The notes below the pieces were generated by a model. It was not told where the DNA came from, searched no databases, and saw only the letters and a program-made list of their open reading frames with translations. A stretch of DNA of 53,425 bases, the filler included, from Catajapyx aquilonaris (lineage: Eukaryota), in NCBI GenBank assembly GCA_000934665.2. It is 2 parts of 2 records of this genome, joined end to end, with 100 filler letters (N's around TTAATTAATTAA, not from the genome) between each part and the next. Parts side by side here need not be neighbours in the genome. Positions count along the whole stretch, not along the records: positions 1 to 26,672 come from JYFJ02005174.1; 1 more part is not named here. One strand, given 5' to 3'. Numbering within the stretch: position 1 is the stretch's first letter; the number at the start of each line of letters is the position of its first letter. Below are positions 1 to 11,968 of the stretch, one piece after another. A program made the position numbers and the translations under genes.

Positions 1-69
1 GGGGGGGGGGGGGGGGGGGCGGCAGATAAGGTTATGCCTAGGGGCGGCAAAAGGCTAAATACGTCACTG

Positions 70-878
70 CCTAAGTCGAAGTTCTCTATAAGTTGAAGAA
101 AATGATGAGCTTGGTTGGTCACAATGTAAAATAATAGGAAATAAACTTCCCTAAATCGAATTTCTATAACTCGAAGTGCTGGCAGGGCCTTACGATGGGA
201 TATCACTGCATTTTCAGTCTCCCTAAGTCGAAGTTCATGTTGCAAGTCCGGAAAATGTTCTCATTTCCCAGCCGAAAGGTCGAGAGGAGGCCACATGTAC
301 AGAAAGGCTCAATTTCCTGATCTCCGTCTACCAGACGTAACCAAAGAAGTGTTTGAATTGATTGTGACAAGTGAATCCTTGAAATGAGGGGCTCTGTGCA
401 ACATAGTCCTATGCCACATCTGGTTCATTTCGAGATAATGAAGGATTTAGATTTAGATTTCTGCAGCTAGACAGCAGATCCGATAAGACTACTTCCCGTA
501 TACCCACACCATCTGTTGATGGACCGGGACAATTTTAACTCAGATGCTGCAGCATGTCCTTGGGGATCTATATATGGCCTTAACTCATTTCGTCAGAAAA
601 TGTGGCATAGGACTATGTTGCACAGAGCCCCTCAAATTAAGAGTAGCCAAATGTCCATAACTGAGATTTTTTTTTACAACAAAACAATGAGAAACAATGT
701 TAAGTGTGATAGTGACAATAATTTGAACGTTTTGAAGACCTTTCGTCGCTGGGTATAAAGGTAGGCTTCCTTATAGAGTTCTGTGCTCAAAAAAATCCAA
801 ACTTCTCTAACTCGAATCTTCTATAACTCGAAGATTTTTCCTGGTCCCATGGAGATTCGACTTATGGAAGTTTTACTG
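70..878. mobile_element. Degenerate pogo/Tc1-mariner-type non-autonomous element (right terminus visible)
   Basis: Ends ...GGAAGTTTTACTG|TA at 878 (CAGTAAAAC terminus on minus, TA flank). Repeated CTAAGTCGAAGTT/CTATAACTCGAAG sub-repeats at 70-235 and 803-835. Left terminus not seen. Confidence 0.45.
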
Positions 879-2805
879 TATTCCTTTCCTGTTATGGTTT
901 GGCTTCTACATGTAGTCCTCTGCCATAATCAGTTTAAGTTAGTATCAAATGTCAAAATTTGTCCAGCTCCACACTGAGCAAAATGAGGTTAGCAAAAGGT
1001 CTTACTGTCATTTTCAGAATTTTAACAATTTCTGACACTGTTTGGCCCATTACAATTTCAAAAATTTAAGCGCATGTACCAATTGGAATAGCTGTTAGTG
1101 TATACCTACAGCATGTATATCAAGAGGTTTCTGTAAAAAGGGATGTAGGGACATCAACAATGCTGAGTATTTTGCATACTTGCTGTATTTTATCTTTATA
1201 AAAACTTCCCAAAGCACTATCAGAAATACCTACAATCATTACCTTTCATGTGACGCACAGGCACACCTCACTTTACAGCGCTTTGCTTTCCAGGTCTTCG
1301 CTAATAAGACTCTTTGCAATTATGTTCCTTTTTATTATTGTCAGTGCTTGCCTTGCTTTTGCAACACACACACATCAGCTGAGCCCAAGCTAAATCAATC
1401 AACCTGAACCATTTTTAAATTTATAATTTTCACTTTCACGTTGTTTTCAGGCTCGAGCTATTTCATACTTGCAAAGGTCAGTCGGAAAATAAGTTTCGCT
1501 GGGCTACAAATAAGATGCCATGTAGGTTGTAGTAACGGATAGGGTAAGGTTCCCAATGAAGCCATCAAAACAATGGCAACAAAACAGGCAATTTGAACTT
1601 AAAAAACCATACCATTCATTATTTGCAGATTGACAATCTTTTTAGTGGTCCCCACAAGACCAAAACTCCACTTTCCATAACTGCTCTCTGCTAGCTATTT
1701 ACCTATGTCAAAGCAGCAGCTGGAGCAGGTATCAGTGGCAGTATTGAACTGGGAAGAATAAGAAAAATAATGAAGAAGTGCATATACGCACACAAAGTCT
1801 GGCAGGGGTAAAGGTGAGGATGCAGAGCAAAAGGGGAGGGGTGACTTTTGTCTTCTCCGTTCCTACTCTGAAGCACAACCTTCAACACAACTTTTCTCAA
1901 ATACCCAATAAACCAGAAAAATTCACCTAATCTAAAATGAGTTCAACATTGTTCATATCCTCAGTTACCCTACAAGACAATTTATTTCCCTGTTGGGGCC
2001 CTTATAACATTAAAAAAAATAATTAAAATACACATGCTCCATAAGCTTGTATGGAAAAAAACAAACAGATCCAACCATGAGTCAAACCTAAGCGCAACAA
2101 AGGGGTAGGAGATCCTGTTAACAATTTGGCGGATGTCCTTTGGTTTAAAAAGAGAAGTGAAAGTTGTTGGAAGGTGGTGGGGTCACACTGGGACAAATTA
2201 TTCAATAATTCCTATCAGTTGTTGTCATTGCTCAAAGCACTTCATAATGCTATGTGCCATTAAATCGTAACAGCATGTACGAGTTTGTATTATCCAAACT
2301 CTCTGGATTGTCTGGGCATCCACATAATATGCGATCTACTGCTGATAAAGTTTGGCTCTATGTCGAGCCATAATTCAACTTTTAACTGTCATTTCCACAT
2401 GTGATTTGTCTGTCACTGACACACAAAGCAGGACAGGTGCAGACCCGTCTCCTTTGCTGATTATAAAAGCTGATTTTAAATTAGTACTGCACTGCTATTT
2501 CCTGTAGCATGCCATTATTGTTTTCCCATCTTATTCCTCCCTGCTTCCATATTATCAGAACTGTCGATCATCCAGACACTGTACTATGAACAGACACAAT
2601 AATAATGAAATGCTATTGTACATATTGTACATGTCATTGCACTGAAAGACATGTTTCAGACATTATTTTGATATTATCAAGAACAATCTGAAAGAAAATA
2701 GTGTGTTCCGTGGTGCACATCTGTTCTAGAACATCTCTTTGCATCCCTAAACGGAACTCCTCTTGCTCCAAGCAGAAAAATTAAGTGCCCCATTATTTTT
2801 CTCAG

Positions 2806-5800
2806 TCACTTCCGGAGTGGGGCAGGTGGAGGTCCCATGGGGACTTGCGATCCTGATGAAGATGGTCTTACAGGTGCCCCACTCTTTGAGGGAAGTGCGG
2901 CTGGTGGCTTTTTCCACCTGTTATTGTCAATAAAATCCAGCAACATATCCTGTGTGACAGGATGACGTATTGAATTGCAGACTGCCATAGCTGTGGTGTA
3001 GCTATTTGGGAAGGATTTGTCTGTCCGCTGGCGCATAAACTTCCAATTCCTGCCATCAAACATGCACTCCACAATTTTGTTGTCCATACCTGACACAGAC
3101 TTGGTCACACGCATCTCTGCAAAAGGAGACTCCATTGACCCAACATAGAGATGGCCCACTTTGGTGTTTGGCATCCCTTGACGTGTCTCCTTCACTATCT
3201 TGAGTCGAAAGTCAACTGAGTTCATGCTTGCTGGCTTCCACTTCAAGACAATGTCACAACGTCCAGCTTTGTATGGCTAGTAAAAGAAGAGTAGAGTAAA
3301 ATTCAACAACTGCAACATACATACGTATAATACATGATAAAAATGACTGACAGAGTCATTTCAAAACACAGGCTAAAGGCTCTTTCACAAATTCAGCGGA
3401 TGAGTGATCAAGCAACAATTGAGTAGCTGGTGGGCACAGGCAGAGAACCAGCAAATGAGACACTAGCTCCAGAATGGCTCTGGCAGGAACAAAGCGGGTT
3501 GCAGGTCACACCTCTTTTTTTTAAAAAAAAATAATTGGGTGATAGGCGTACCCCTAGGGGTTTTCAGCCAAACCTTTATTTTAACGTTGGTACAACTTTG
3601 GGAATCCTATTATCGAAGCGCCCGGGCCCACGGGCAGGATGACAGGAGGGGATGTGCAAGTGCAATGCCTTGTCTGAAAGGTCACACCTATTCAGCAGAT
3701 GGCCTGCTGGTTAGCAAAAAAATACGGTAACAATCGGTAACAATGCGAGCCCTTGGCGACCACGTAAACAAACTCGCGTATGCATGGACAGCATATGGGG
3801 ATTCGACATGTCTACGCTTCTGCGGCCGTACGGCCGCAAAAATGGAGCAATGGACACAAGAGTTACACCAAAAAATAGGACATGATCTGGCGCAGGACAC
3901 CTTCGTCGTCATTTTACCATTTTCGGCCTAGAAGTGACCTTTTCATCGAGTTGAAGTGAAAGGAAAATGGCGTTTCCGAGAAGCCCATTTGAATAACATG
4001 GCGACAGGAACGCGACAAAGTCGGGAACGGCTCTGCACCCGTATGTCCACAATTGTAATGCAATCATATCGAGTATGGTACCATAGTAAAGGCCAAACCT
4101 TTGCGCAGGGCACCTTCGTCGCGATTTTTCCGATTAACGGTGCGTTTCGCCACAAAAAATATAATTCCCTCAAAAATGCGCCTACCGTATTTTTACTAAT
4201 GTGCCCCCTTAATACAAATGACAGGCCGACACGAAGGAGCTAGTCTTTCAAAGAAAGGGGCTGCTTTGTCTTTGTTGGGGGAGAAATGTCACAGTGTACC
4301 TGATGTACCGCCTGCTGAAGCAACTGCAGGCCAAGAGCAAGTAAATAAGCTTCTATGTATTCCTTCACTTAATATACTTTTTCTTGTGCCTGAGCACAGC
4401 AATCTGGCCTCCTCCAACCATTCACTTCCCATCTGCCAAAAGTCAATTGGGATGGACTTCCAGCAATTCCCGGTGCTCAGTTTCCACCAGCAGTGCCATT
4501 GCCAAATTTGTGAATTGCCACCACTCACATGCTGAACCCAAATACCTTTTTCCACCTGCTAAGCCATCCACCAAATTTGCCTTTAGGCATGTACTCATGA
4601 GATAACTTACATCCATGACTGGCTGAAAAACTAGGCCATCTGGTTCATGTAGCAGCTGCTGCTTGAACTTCTCTCCTAAAAGGCTCCTGGCTTGTAAAAC
4701 ATCCCAAAACTCCTTTTCTCTTACTCCAAATGGCTCTAAGCTCTTATCAATGCGCCCATCCTGGATTGCTTGTCTCCGAGGACCTATTATCTCCTTCTAA
4801 AAAGGAAGCTAGCATTAGTACTTCTCACCAAAATCCCATCAATCCCCCCACAAACAAATCCTTACTTTAATGCACAGCATCCGCCTGGAAAAATCTGTGG
4901 CTCCAACATTCAGTCCCTGGTACTGGATTATGTCGTAGACAAGATACCTGGGAAATTTTTCTTCTCCGACTTTATCAATCACCATCTCCTGAAATGTAAG
5001 CACAGTTATTTAAATGCTTTACATTCAATAAGTTTGTGAAATTTGCAGAAGTTGCAACACATTTGCAATTGTTGCTTGAGCATTTCTTGTCATCTCTGTA
5101 CATACTATACGTGGTGGACAGGTGATGAACATGCATAGGACATCACATGAAATTAAGTTTTCAAACACTGAATTCTTTCGCCTCTCACTTCAACAGCACA
5201 AATAACATGTGGTATACTACGAGGTGCAGCAGTCCACCTCTACTCACACGTGAAGCACTTGATTCATCAATGCCTTATTTTATTTAAAAGACTCAGGCTA
5301 TTTACGTTAACCTGGTTCTTGCATCACTAAAATCTCTGTACATACACAGCTTGATCAGCATGTGTTGCCCATTCAAAAACACCACAATGCATATTCATGG
5401 CAGCAAAGTCACTGAAGAAAATATTACCCTATGTAAAGCTACCCATATCCTGTGAGGTTAACTTGAAGACAAAGAAATTCAAGTAATTTAGCAAGCTAAA
5501 AGAGCTTGTCTGAAACTTACACCATCCAACAGTGTATCAGCGATGCACTTGCTGGGGTCAGATCTGCATGGGAAGGAGAGTCCCGAGACCTGAAACACAC
5601 ACTCATCCCTGTCAACAAAGAACACGCCACCAAGAGGTCCAGATTCAGATGGTTTTTCAGCTTTAGGGTCCCTCAGGTCAATAAGCATCATGTATCTAGT
5701 ACCATCTGCCTTCCATGAGACCTGGTATGGTCTTTCGGCCAGCAAGTTCAGATTCTGTTGGTCCATGGAGACAGGCTGACTTCCTGGGAAACCCCGCTTT

Positions 5801-8800
5801 TGCCCCTTTTCTCTGCCCCATCCACAAGGTTCACACATGCGTCGAATCTTCTGCTGAACCCTGAGAACTAGGTCACCCTCTAAGGGTAGGACTCCAGGAA
5901 CTCCTTCCATAAAGTTTCCCTTCTTCATTTTCTTCCTCCCTTGAGGAGCACCCAGCCCTTTCTTTCGTTTGAGACCATGGTTGTTTGGCCCACCATTGGG
6001 TTCATCTTCATCTTCCTCCCCATCATTTCCATCATCATCACCATCTGCATCAACACTGTCATCGGATTCACGGTGCCAGTCAGGCAACTCTGGACCATGT
6101 GTAGGTCCTGTACCTTCATTGTACCTTTAAAAATTTGCATAAATAAGAACCTACATACAAGGTGCACACGAAGGGCAAGTCCCCTTTTAAAAACACGTTA
6201 TCTTGGCGGCAGTCATCATATATACAAGGGGTATTTTAAAATTACATTCCAATGAGCTGTGAAAGAAAAAGATGAGGAATGAAAAAAAATTTGTAATACA
6301 GTAGGCCTACTCACAAAAGTGAGATACATTATTCTGCCACTTCTCCACATAGTCACCTTCCTGATTAAGGCACTTGTCATTATACAGCACCATCTTTTGT
6401 AACCCTAACACAATTGATGCTCCTGCCAAATGGGAAGTTCGCTTTGCAATTAGATGCAATATCTCCAAGTAGCAGGACACAACACAGCTGAAATTCATAG
6501 GTGACTGTTTAACATGTATGGAGAATGAGTGCTGTGTAAAAATGGTGTCTGGATTTTCAAAAAGGATGAATTGATGTGTATGATGAGGAAGGACAGGGGA
6601 GAACATCAGTGGCGACTGACGATGTTGAACAAGTTGATAGTAGTTTTAGAGCCCATTGGTTCACAAAATTCTGACCTGGCTGAGTATTTCCCCCGAATTT
6701 CGCAGTCAGCTCTTTATGACATTGTGATAGGAAACCTGAGTTATCACAAATGTTGTGCACAGTGAGTTCGAGAACAACAATGAGCTGAAAAAGAGTGTCA
6801 TAGGTTGGCACAATACCCAGGCGGCAACCTTCTATAAGGAAGGCATACAAAAGGCGGTGCTGTGTTATGACATGTGATTCAATCAAGATGCTGACTGTGG
6901 AAAAGTAACAAGAATGCATCTTGTTTTTGTGAGTGTGAAAATTCTTTTCAGCACTCTTGTTTTTCATTCACAACTCTTTGGAACATAGTTTTAAAATAGT
7001 CCTTGAAATTTGCTCTTGTGAAACCAAAATGGCCAAAATACATGCAGTACGTAACACATTGTGTGAATTACGTCTAACATGTTCCATTTGGCAACCTCCA
7101 GTGGCTGGAAAAGGGGACCTGGTTGTTACACAGCACAATGACTTTTTCATCTAGTCTTTCTTCACATCCATTTTGGCCCTTTTTTCAGCTATTTCCCTGC
7201 AGTAATTTACATACAAAGTATGCAGTCTATTTATTCAGTTATTCAGAATGCGGTGATTCACACACATCACATGTATTCCCACATTTTGTACTGTGATTTA
7301 ATATACTTTTCCTTCTAGTAAGTACCAAGAACAGCTGGATGCATATTACAAGGCTTCCACTTTTTTTTCACAAGAATTAGAAAATCCACGAACATGGAAC
7401 ATGCAAATAGTGAGAATTTGACTGTATTGAAAGAACATTTATAGTGGCATACCTCCGATATAACTCTTGTATGTAGTGCAGCTTGTAAATTCCTGGAGGC
7501 CGAAGCTGTGCAAAATGAGTTAAGGACATTTCCACACTCCAACAAAGTTCCTCCACCAGGTAGCAAGTCAGAAGGAAGCCAGTGCGATTAAATCCATGAG
7601 TGCAGTGCACACCAATCGCAGCAGTTGGATGCAAGGAGACAAATCTCTGGCATAGGCCAACAAATGCACGGCTCTGGTCCTCACTTGGGCATTCACTATG
7701 GCCAAGCATTGGCAGCTTCACATACCTGCAAAACATTTATACCATTACAGAAAAGGGCATGGAAAAATGACCACCATGCTGTTGCTCATGTTCTTTGGCC
7801 CGACTACTGTATATGGTAAAGCAGCCATCCTTTCTTTACATTGCTGGATCTTCATCCTTCATTCACAAGGCATGATGCATTGCATGAGTTCATAGTAATG
7901 TTCCTGTTTGGTATAGATACAGATTCAGACATGCCTACGAGGTCCAGAATTGAAGATAAGCAATATCTCACTTGAGCAAGTTTAGCATACTTCCCTGCAA
8001 GGGTTGTATGGCATACAGAGAAGCAACAGGAAGTCACAACCAAAAACAAGCAACACAGAATAATCTCAAGGAAATATTTATTGGCTTAAAAATTCCTAGA
8101 ACTACAATAAAAATTGTCACTAGTGCAATTGGTCTATTCTAGTTATTCCATGATAATTTTTCTTATCTCGGATGTCTATTAAATGTGAAAGAAATATGGA
8201 TATATACCGTATTCCTGTATATTGAAACTTGTCCACCAAAAAGGGGCATTTGGCTACTGGACAATTTTCTGCTGTTCAGAGTTTGTGATAAAGTGTTGGA
8301 CATTAATCAAGGCATACTGCTAGCGACATTTTCCATAGCGGCAGAAGAAGGAATCGAAGATAAGGATACTGCAAGCCGGGCGAGCAAGATTCCTTCTTCT
8401 GCCTCTTCGGAAAATGTCGCTAGCAGTATGCCTCGATTAATACACTGTACACAGGTTTCCCTATATTTCAAATTGATTTTAGTCAGATGAAAATTCAAAC
8501 ATGATCAGACCTGTGGGCCTCACAAACCTAGATGAAGACTGCATTAAGAGTTGCAATAATTGCACAGTGGTGAGAATAAAATAAAGCAGTGCGTAACCTG
8601 GCACACTTACTTGCAATCCTTGGACTCGACTTCTGTACGGTCGTAGAACCTGCTGGTATTGGTGAGGTCAATCCACATTCCAATCTGCACCTTGTAGCTC
8701 TTCATGGAGTCAAAGATCATGGACGGTGGGAACCTGTTCTCGATGGGCACCTGTGAGTCGAACTGTGGTCCAAGGGGAGTCTTGAAGGCCAGGAAGCGTC

Positions 8801-8894
8801 CCTCCAACAGGCCCTGTGCCTTCCTGGGGCAGTGGAGCCATCGGGGCGGGATGGGCCCTGGCCCTCGTCTCCCTCCGTCTGAGCCGTGGTTCAT
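2806..8894 (-). CDS. RNGTT: mRNA capping enzyme (RNA triphosphatase + guanylyltransferase), 6 coding exons, ~646 aa
   Basis: Exons 8894-8611, 7725-7453, 6124-5521, 4988-4866, 4796-4611, 3276-2806, all GT-AG and phase-consistent (1941 nt). Motifs: [24 protein letters not shown], catalytic [25 protein letters not shown] (motif I), [25 protein letters not shown]. Confidence 0.96.
6225..7005. mobile_element. Decayed mariner element with 3' end duplicated in inverted orientation (RNGTT intron 2)
   Basis: Termini TA|CAAGGGGTATTTTAAAA ... TTTTAAAATAGTCCTTG. Mariner transposase C-terminus ([21 protein letters not shown]) on minus at ~6335-6405, with a decayed copy on plus at ~6840-6907. Plus-strand remnant [16 protein letters not shown] at ~6710-6760. 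Confidence 0.7.
8303..8440. mobile_element. Palindromic MITE / hairpin in RNGTT intron 1
   Basis: TTAATCAAGGCATACTGCTAGCGACATTTTCC...GGAAAATGTCGCTAGCAGTATGCCTCGATTAA, ~50-bp near-perfect stem, TTAA at both ends. Confidence 0.7.
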
Positions 8895-9285
8895 GCCTCC
8901 TGCCTCAGATGCATCTGAGAGGATGTTGCGCGATGGAGCCCTGGTGTTCCAGTCCGTCTCTGCCCCCTTCGCAACGCCAACAGGAACTGCCACTCACCAC
9001 TTTTGTAATAGCAGCGGGCAGAGCAACTGCTTGGCAACTGGATGCTGGATGCAACACACTTGGTCCAGCCACCCACCCACCAGATGCTGGTCAGGCAGGA
9101 GCACGTGTACCCACCACCACCAGCCCACCTCACGACTCCATGGCCAGCTCCAGGCCAGCACGCGGGACTGGAGGTCAAGAGATGAGGATGGTTTCGTGAA
9201 GGGCAGAAAGGCTATAAAACCAGGACTTGTCCAAGGAAGGGTGGGGGGGAAGATCAGGCCAGGGAGGGAGGGGTGAATGTGCACA

Positions 9286-9357
9286 CATCGATATTAAGAA
9301 CGGGATATCGATACTTGCGGGCAATCCCATCAACACTGGATTTTGGTCATATCGATA
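9286..9357. promoter_or_regulatory. DRE (DREF-type) elements upstream of RNGTT
   Basis: TATCGATA at 9306-9313 and 9350-9357, CATCGATA at 9286-9293, about 400 bp 5' of the RNGTT ATG. Typical insect housekeeping promoter motif. Confidence 0.6.
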
Positions 9358-10337
9358 GTGCTGGCGGAGGAAGAAAGTGAAAGGGTTGGGGGTTGGAAGG
9401 GGAAGGGGGAAAGAGGAGAAATGTGCGTTCAGCAATTATTACGACGATGGGGCTCGTTCAGATATCTCTCCATGAACACTAGTGACATCTGGCGGGAGAT
9501 GGAGGCGGCGAGGCGCAGAGGTTTGAAAATAAAGCCAGTTGTACAGTACCATGACAAATATGCATCCTTTTATGGCACTAGACTGACTAGAGTCAGTAGA
9601 GTGTGATAATTCATACCTAGTCACACTATCCTGCCAGGGCCCTTTGTCTAAAAGGGTTCATGATCTCTTCCACTGACTGAAAAATAAAGGTCCATGGGAT
9701 ACCTCGCATGAGGACCATACCACCCTGATTATATTTAAAATGTTAAATCATAATACATAATACAAAAAATTACATGCTTTTGAATAGGTATTTCAAAAGT
9801 AATTGAATGTCCTCATTCCACAATTCCTGTCCTTGTCAGCTGTTATGCGCTTGAAGAAAGAGAAAAGTGCATTTCAGTAGCATTTCCATCAACATGCATC
9901 AAAGCTTACTTTTGAAATCCACATGATTATTACACAAAAAAGTGGAATTACTTGTCATTCATATTGGTACTCACCAAAATAGTTGAAATTAATATATGCC
10001 TTTTTTCTCCAAATTATTGACAGAAAACTGGCTTTTCTTCCAAATAGGTATTAATTTCCTTATTTTAAGAAATGAACAGGATCTTTGCACCAATAAACTA
10101 ATGCAAGTAAATCAACAATGACATCCAATAGTAACAAGTTTTTATGGTCAACTTCACAAAGTCTTTTGCCTAGCAACAGTAGAGAACAATTCTCTCCTTC
10201 AAAAAAACATAAGTTTACTCAAAATTCCAGTCTAAATTTATGTACCCAAATTCCCACCATTTCGGCCCATCTAAATTTACTGTCACTATTCCGCCTCCAA
10301 ACATCATCTCACACCTCTCCGGACAAAATTTTTTGTG

Positions 10338-11866
10338 ATGGCCCCACCACTGAGTCCCCGCAACTCCGAGCTGAGCGCTTTAGAGAAACGTGGCTACCAC
10401 ATTGGTAAGAGGATTGGGCAAGGTTCGTATGCCACAGTACATGTAGCAGAGTATGTGGAAGGAGTGAAGCGCATCCGCCTAGCCTGCAAAATCTTTGACA
10501 AGGAAAGAGCCCCGAGGGATTTCCTGGAAAAATTCTTCCCCCGGGAGCTGGAGATCCTCACCCGAGTGGACAACTCCCATGTTGTCCAGGTGCACTCCAT
10601 CTTGCAGCGGAGCATGCGAGTATTCATCTTCATGCGGCATGCTGAGAATGGAGATCTTCTTGACTTCATCAAAGAGAAGGGGCTGGTGACTGAGAGGCAG
10701 GCTAAGTACTGGTTCAGGCAGATGGTTATGGGACTGCAATACCTGCATGGACTCAATGTTGCCCACAGGTATGATTTACTCTCATAATATCACACTCCCA
10801 TGTTGGAATCAATTGTGCGACCTATCACAATTAGATCTCTCAAGCTAGCAGCTCTACTTGGAGAGATCTAAGCAAGTGACGACAATCCATTACTCTCCAA
10901 TCCACACAACCGTGTATTTTGTTTAATCCTGGAAATGCTCTGTTGAAAACATTGATTTGTGTGTGTGAACATCAATCTGTATGCCCCACTTCAAAAAAAC
11001 GTACACCTAATTTTGCCGCCTGCACCTTCCCACCTAGGCAGAGTAAGATTTGCAGGCTTGAAGTTAAATAAATTCGAGTGTAGCTGACATACTAATTACC
11101 TTGAGGTAGGTAAGCCACCAGGCATGCTCAAGTTATAATACTAAGAAGCATCATGATGGATATTGTTTAATGCTAGTAATATTTTCTCCCAAGCCAAATT
11201 ATTTCAGTGACATTCAACTTCATCGGTCATTCTTTTCTTCCTTCTAGGGACATTAAGTGTGAGAACATCCTACTATCAAAGCACTGGAACATCAAACTGG
11301 CTGACTTCGGGTTTGCTCGTTACTGTGTGGATAAGGATGGACGCCGAGTCCTAAGCCAGACCTTCTGTGGGTCAGCAGCCTATGCCGCTCCTGAGGTGGT
11401 GAGTGGTACCCCCTACAACCCGAAGCTGGCAGATGTCTGGTCCCTGGGCATAGTCCTCTTCATCATGGTCAACGCCACCATGCCCTTTGACGACTCCAAC
11501 CTAAAGAAATTGCTACGTGACCAACTAGCTCGCAAGTGGTCTTTCCGATCCAGGGTCCGTGACCTGCTCAGCCCCGCCTTGAAGCAAGTGGTGTCCATGG
11601 TCCTTGAGCCAGACGTAACCCAGCGCCTTACCCTTGATCGTGTGGGAATGACAGAATGGCTGAGGAGGGAACCTGAAGTACAGTCCACCACTGCAACCGT
11701 CATCTCGGCAACTTCTGCCAACTCCTCCACGGCATCTGGGTCAACTGCATCCTCAGTAGTGCCACCTGCCACAATCAAGGTTGCTTGTGTGACCACCAGC
11801 CAGTCCTCAGTCGCTCCACCCCCATGCATGACCGAGAAGCATGATGACCTACTTAAATTGAAGTAA
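10338..11866 (+). CDS. Testis-specific serine/threonine kinase (TSSK family), 2 exons, ~349 aa
   Basis: Exons 10338-10768 and 11248-11866 (CAC AG|GT ... TAG|G GAC). IGQGSYATV, ACKI, DFLEKFFPREL, HRDIKCENILL, DFGFAR, TFCGSAAYAAPE, DVWSLG are TSSK-type kinase motifs. Ser/Thr-rich tail. Confidence 0.92.
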
Positions 11867-11968
11867 CAGCAGCCTAATATTCTCAAAACAAAATCCAGAA
11901 GGAGAGTTACATAAATAAATAAAAATACACCACAAATCACAAAGGAATGGCCATTTTTATTAGCCGTT

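Noticed and set aside
2677..2808. Readthrough of the RNGTT TGA-C stop
   Set aside because: Only 42 open codons with UTR-like composition, compatible with chance.
8704..9276. 190-aa plus-strand ORF, and the 222-aa minus ORF at 11413-12081
   Set aside because: Antisense or alternate-frame shadows of real exons with no recognisable domain.
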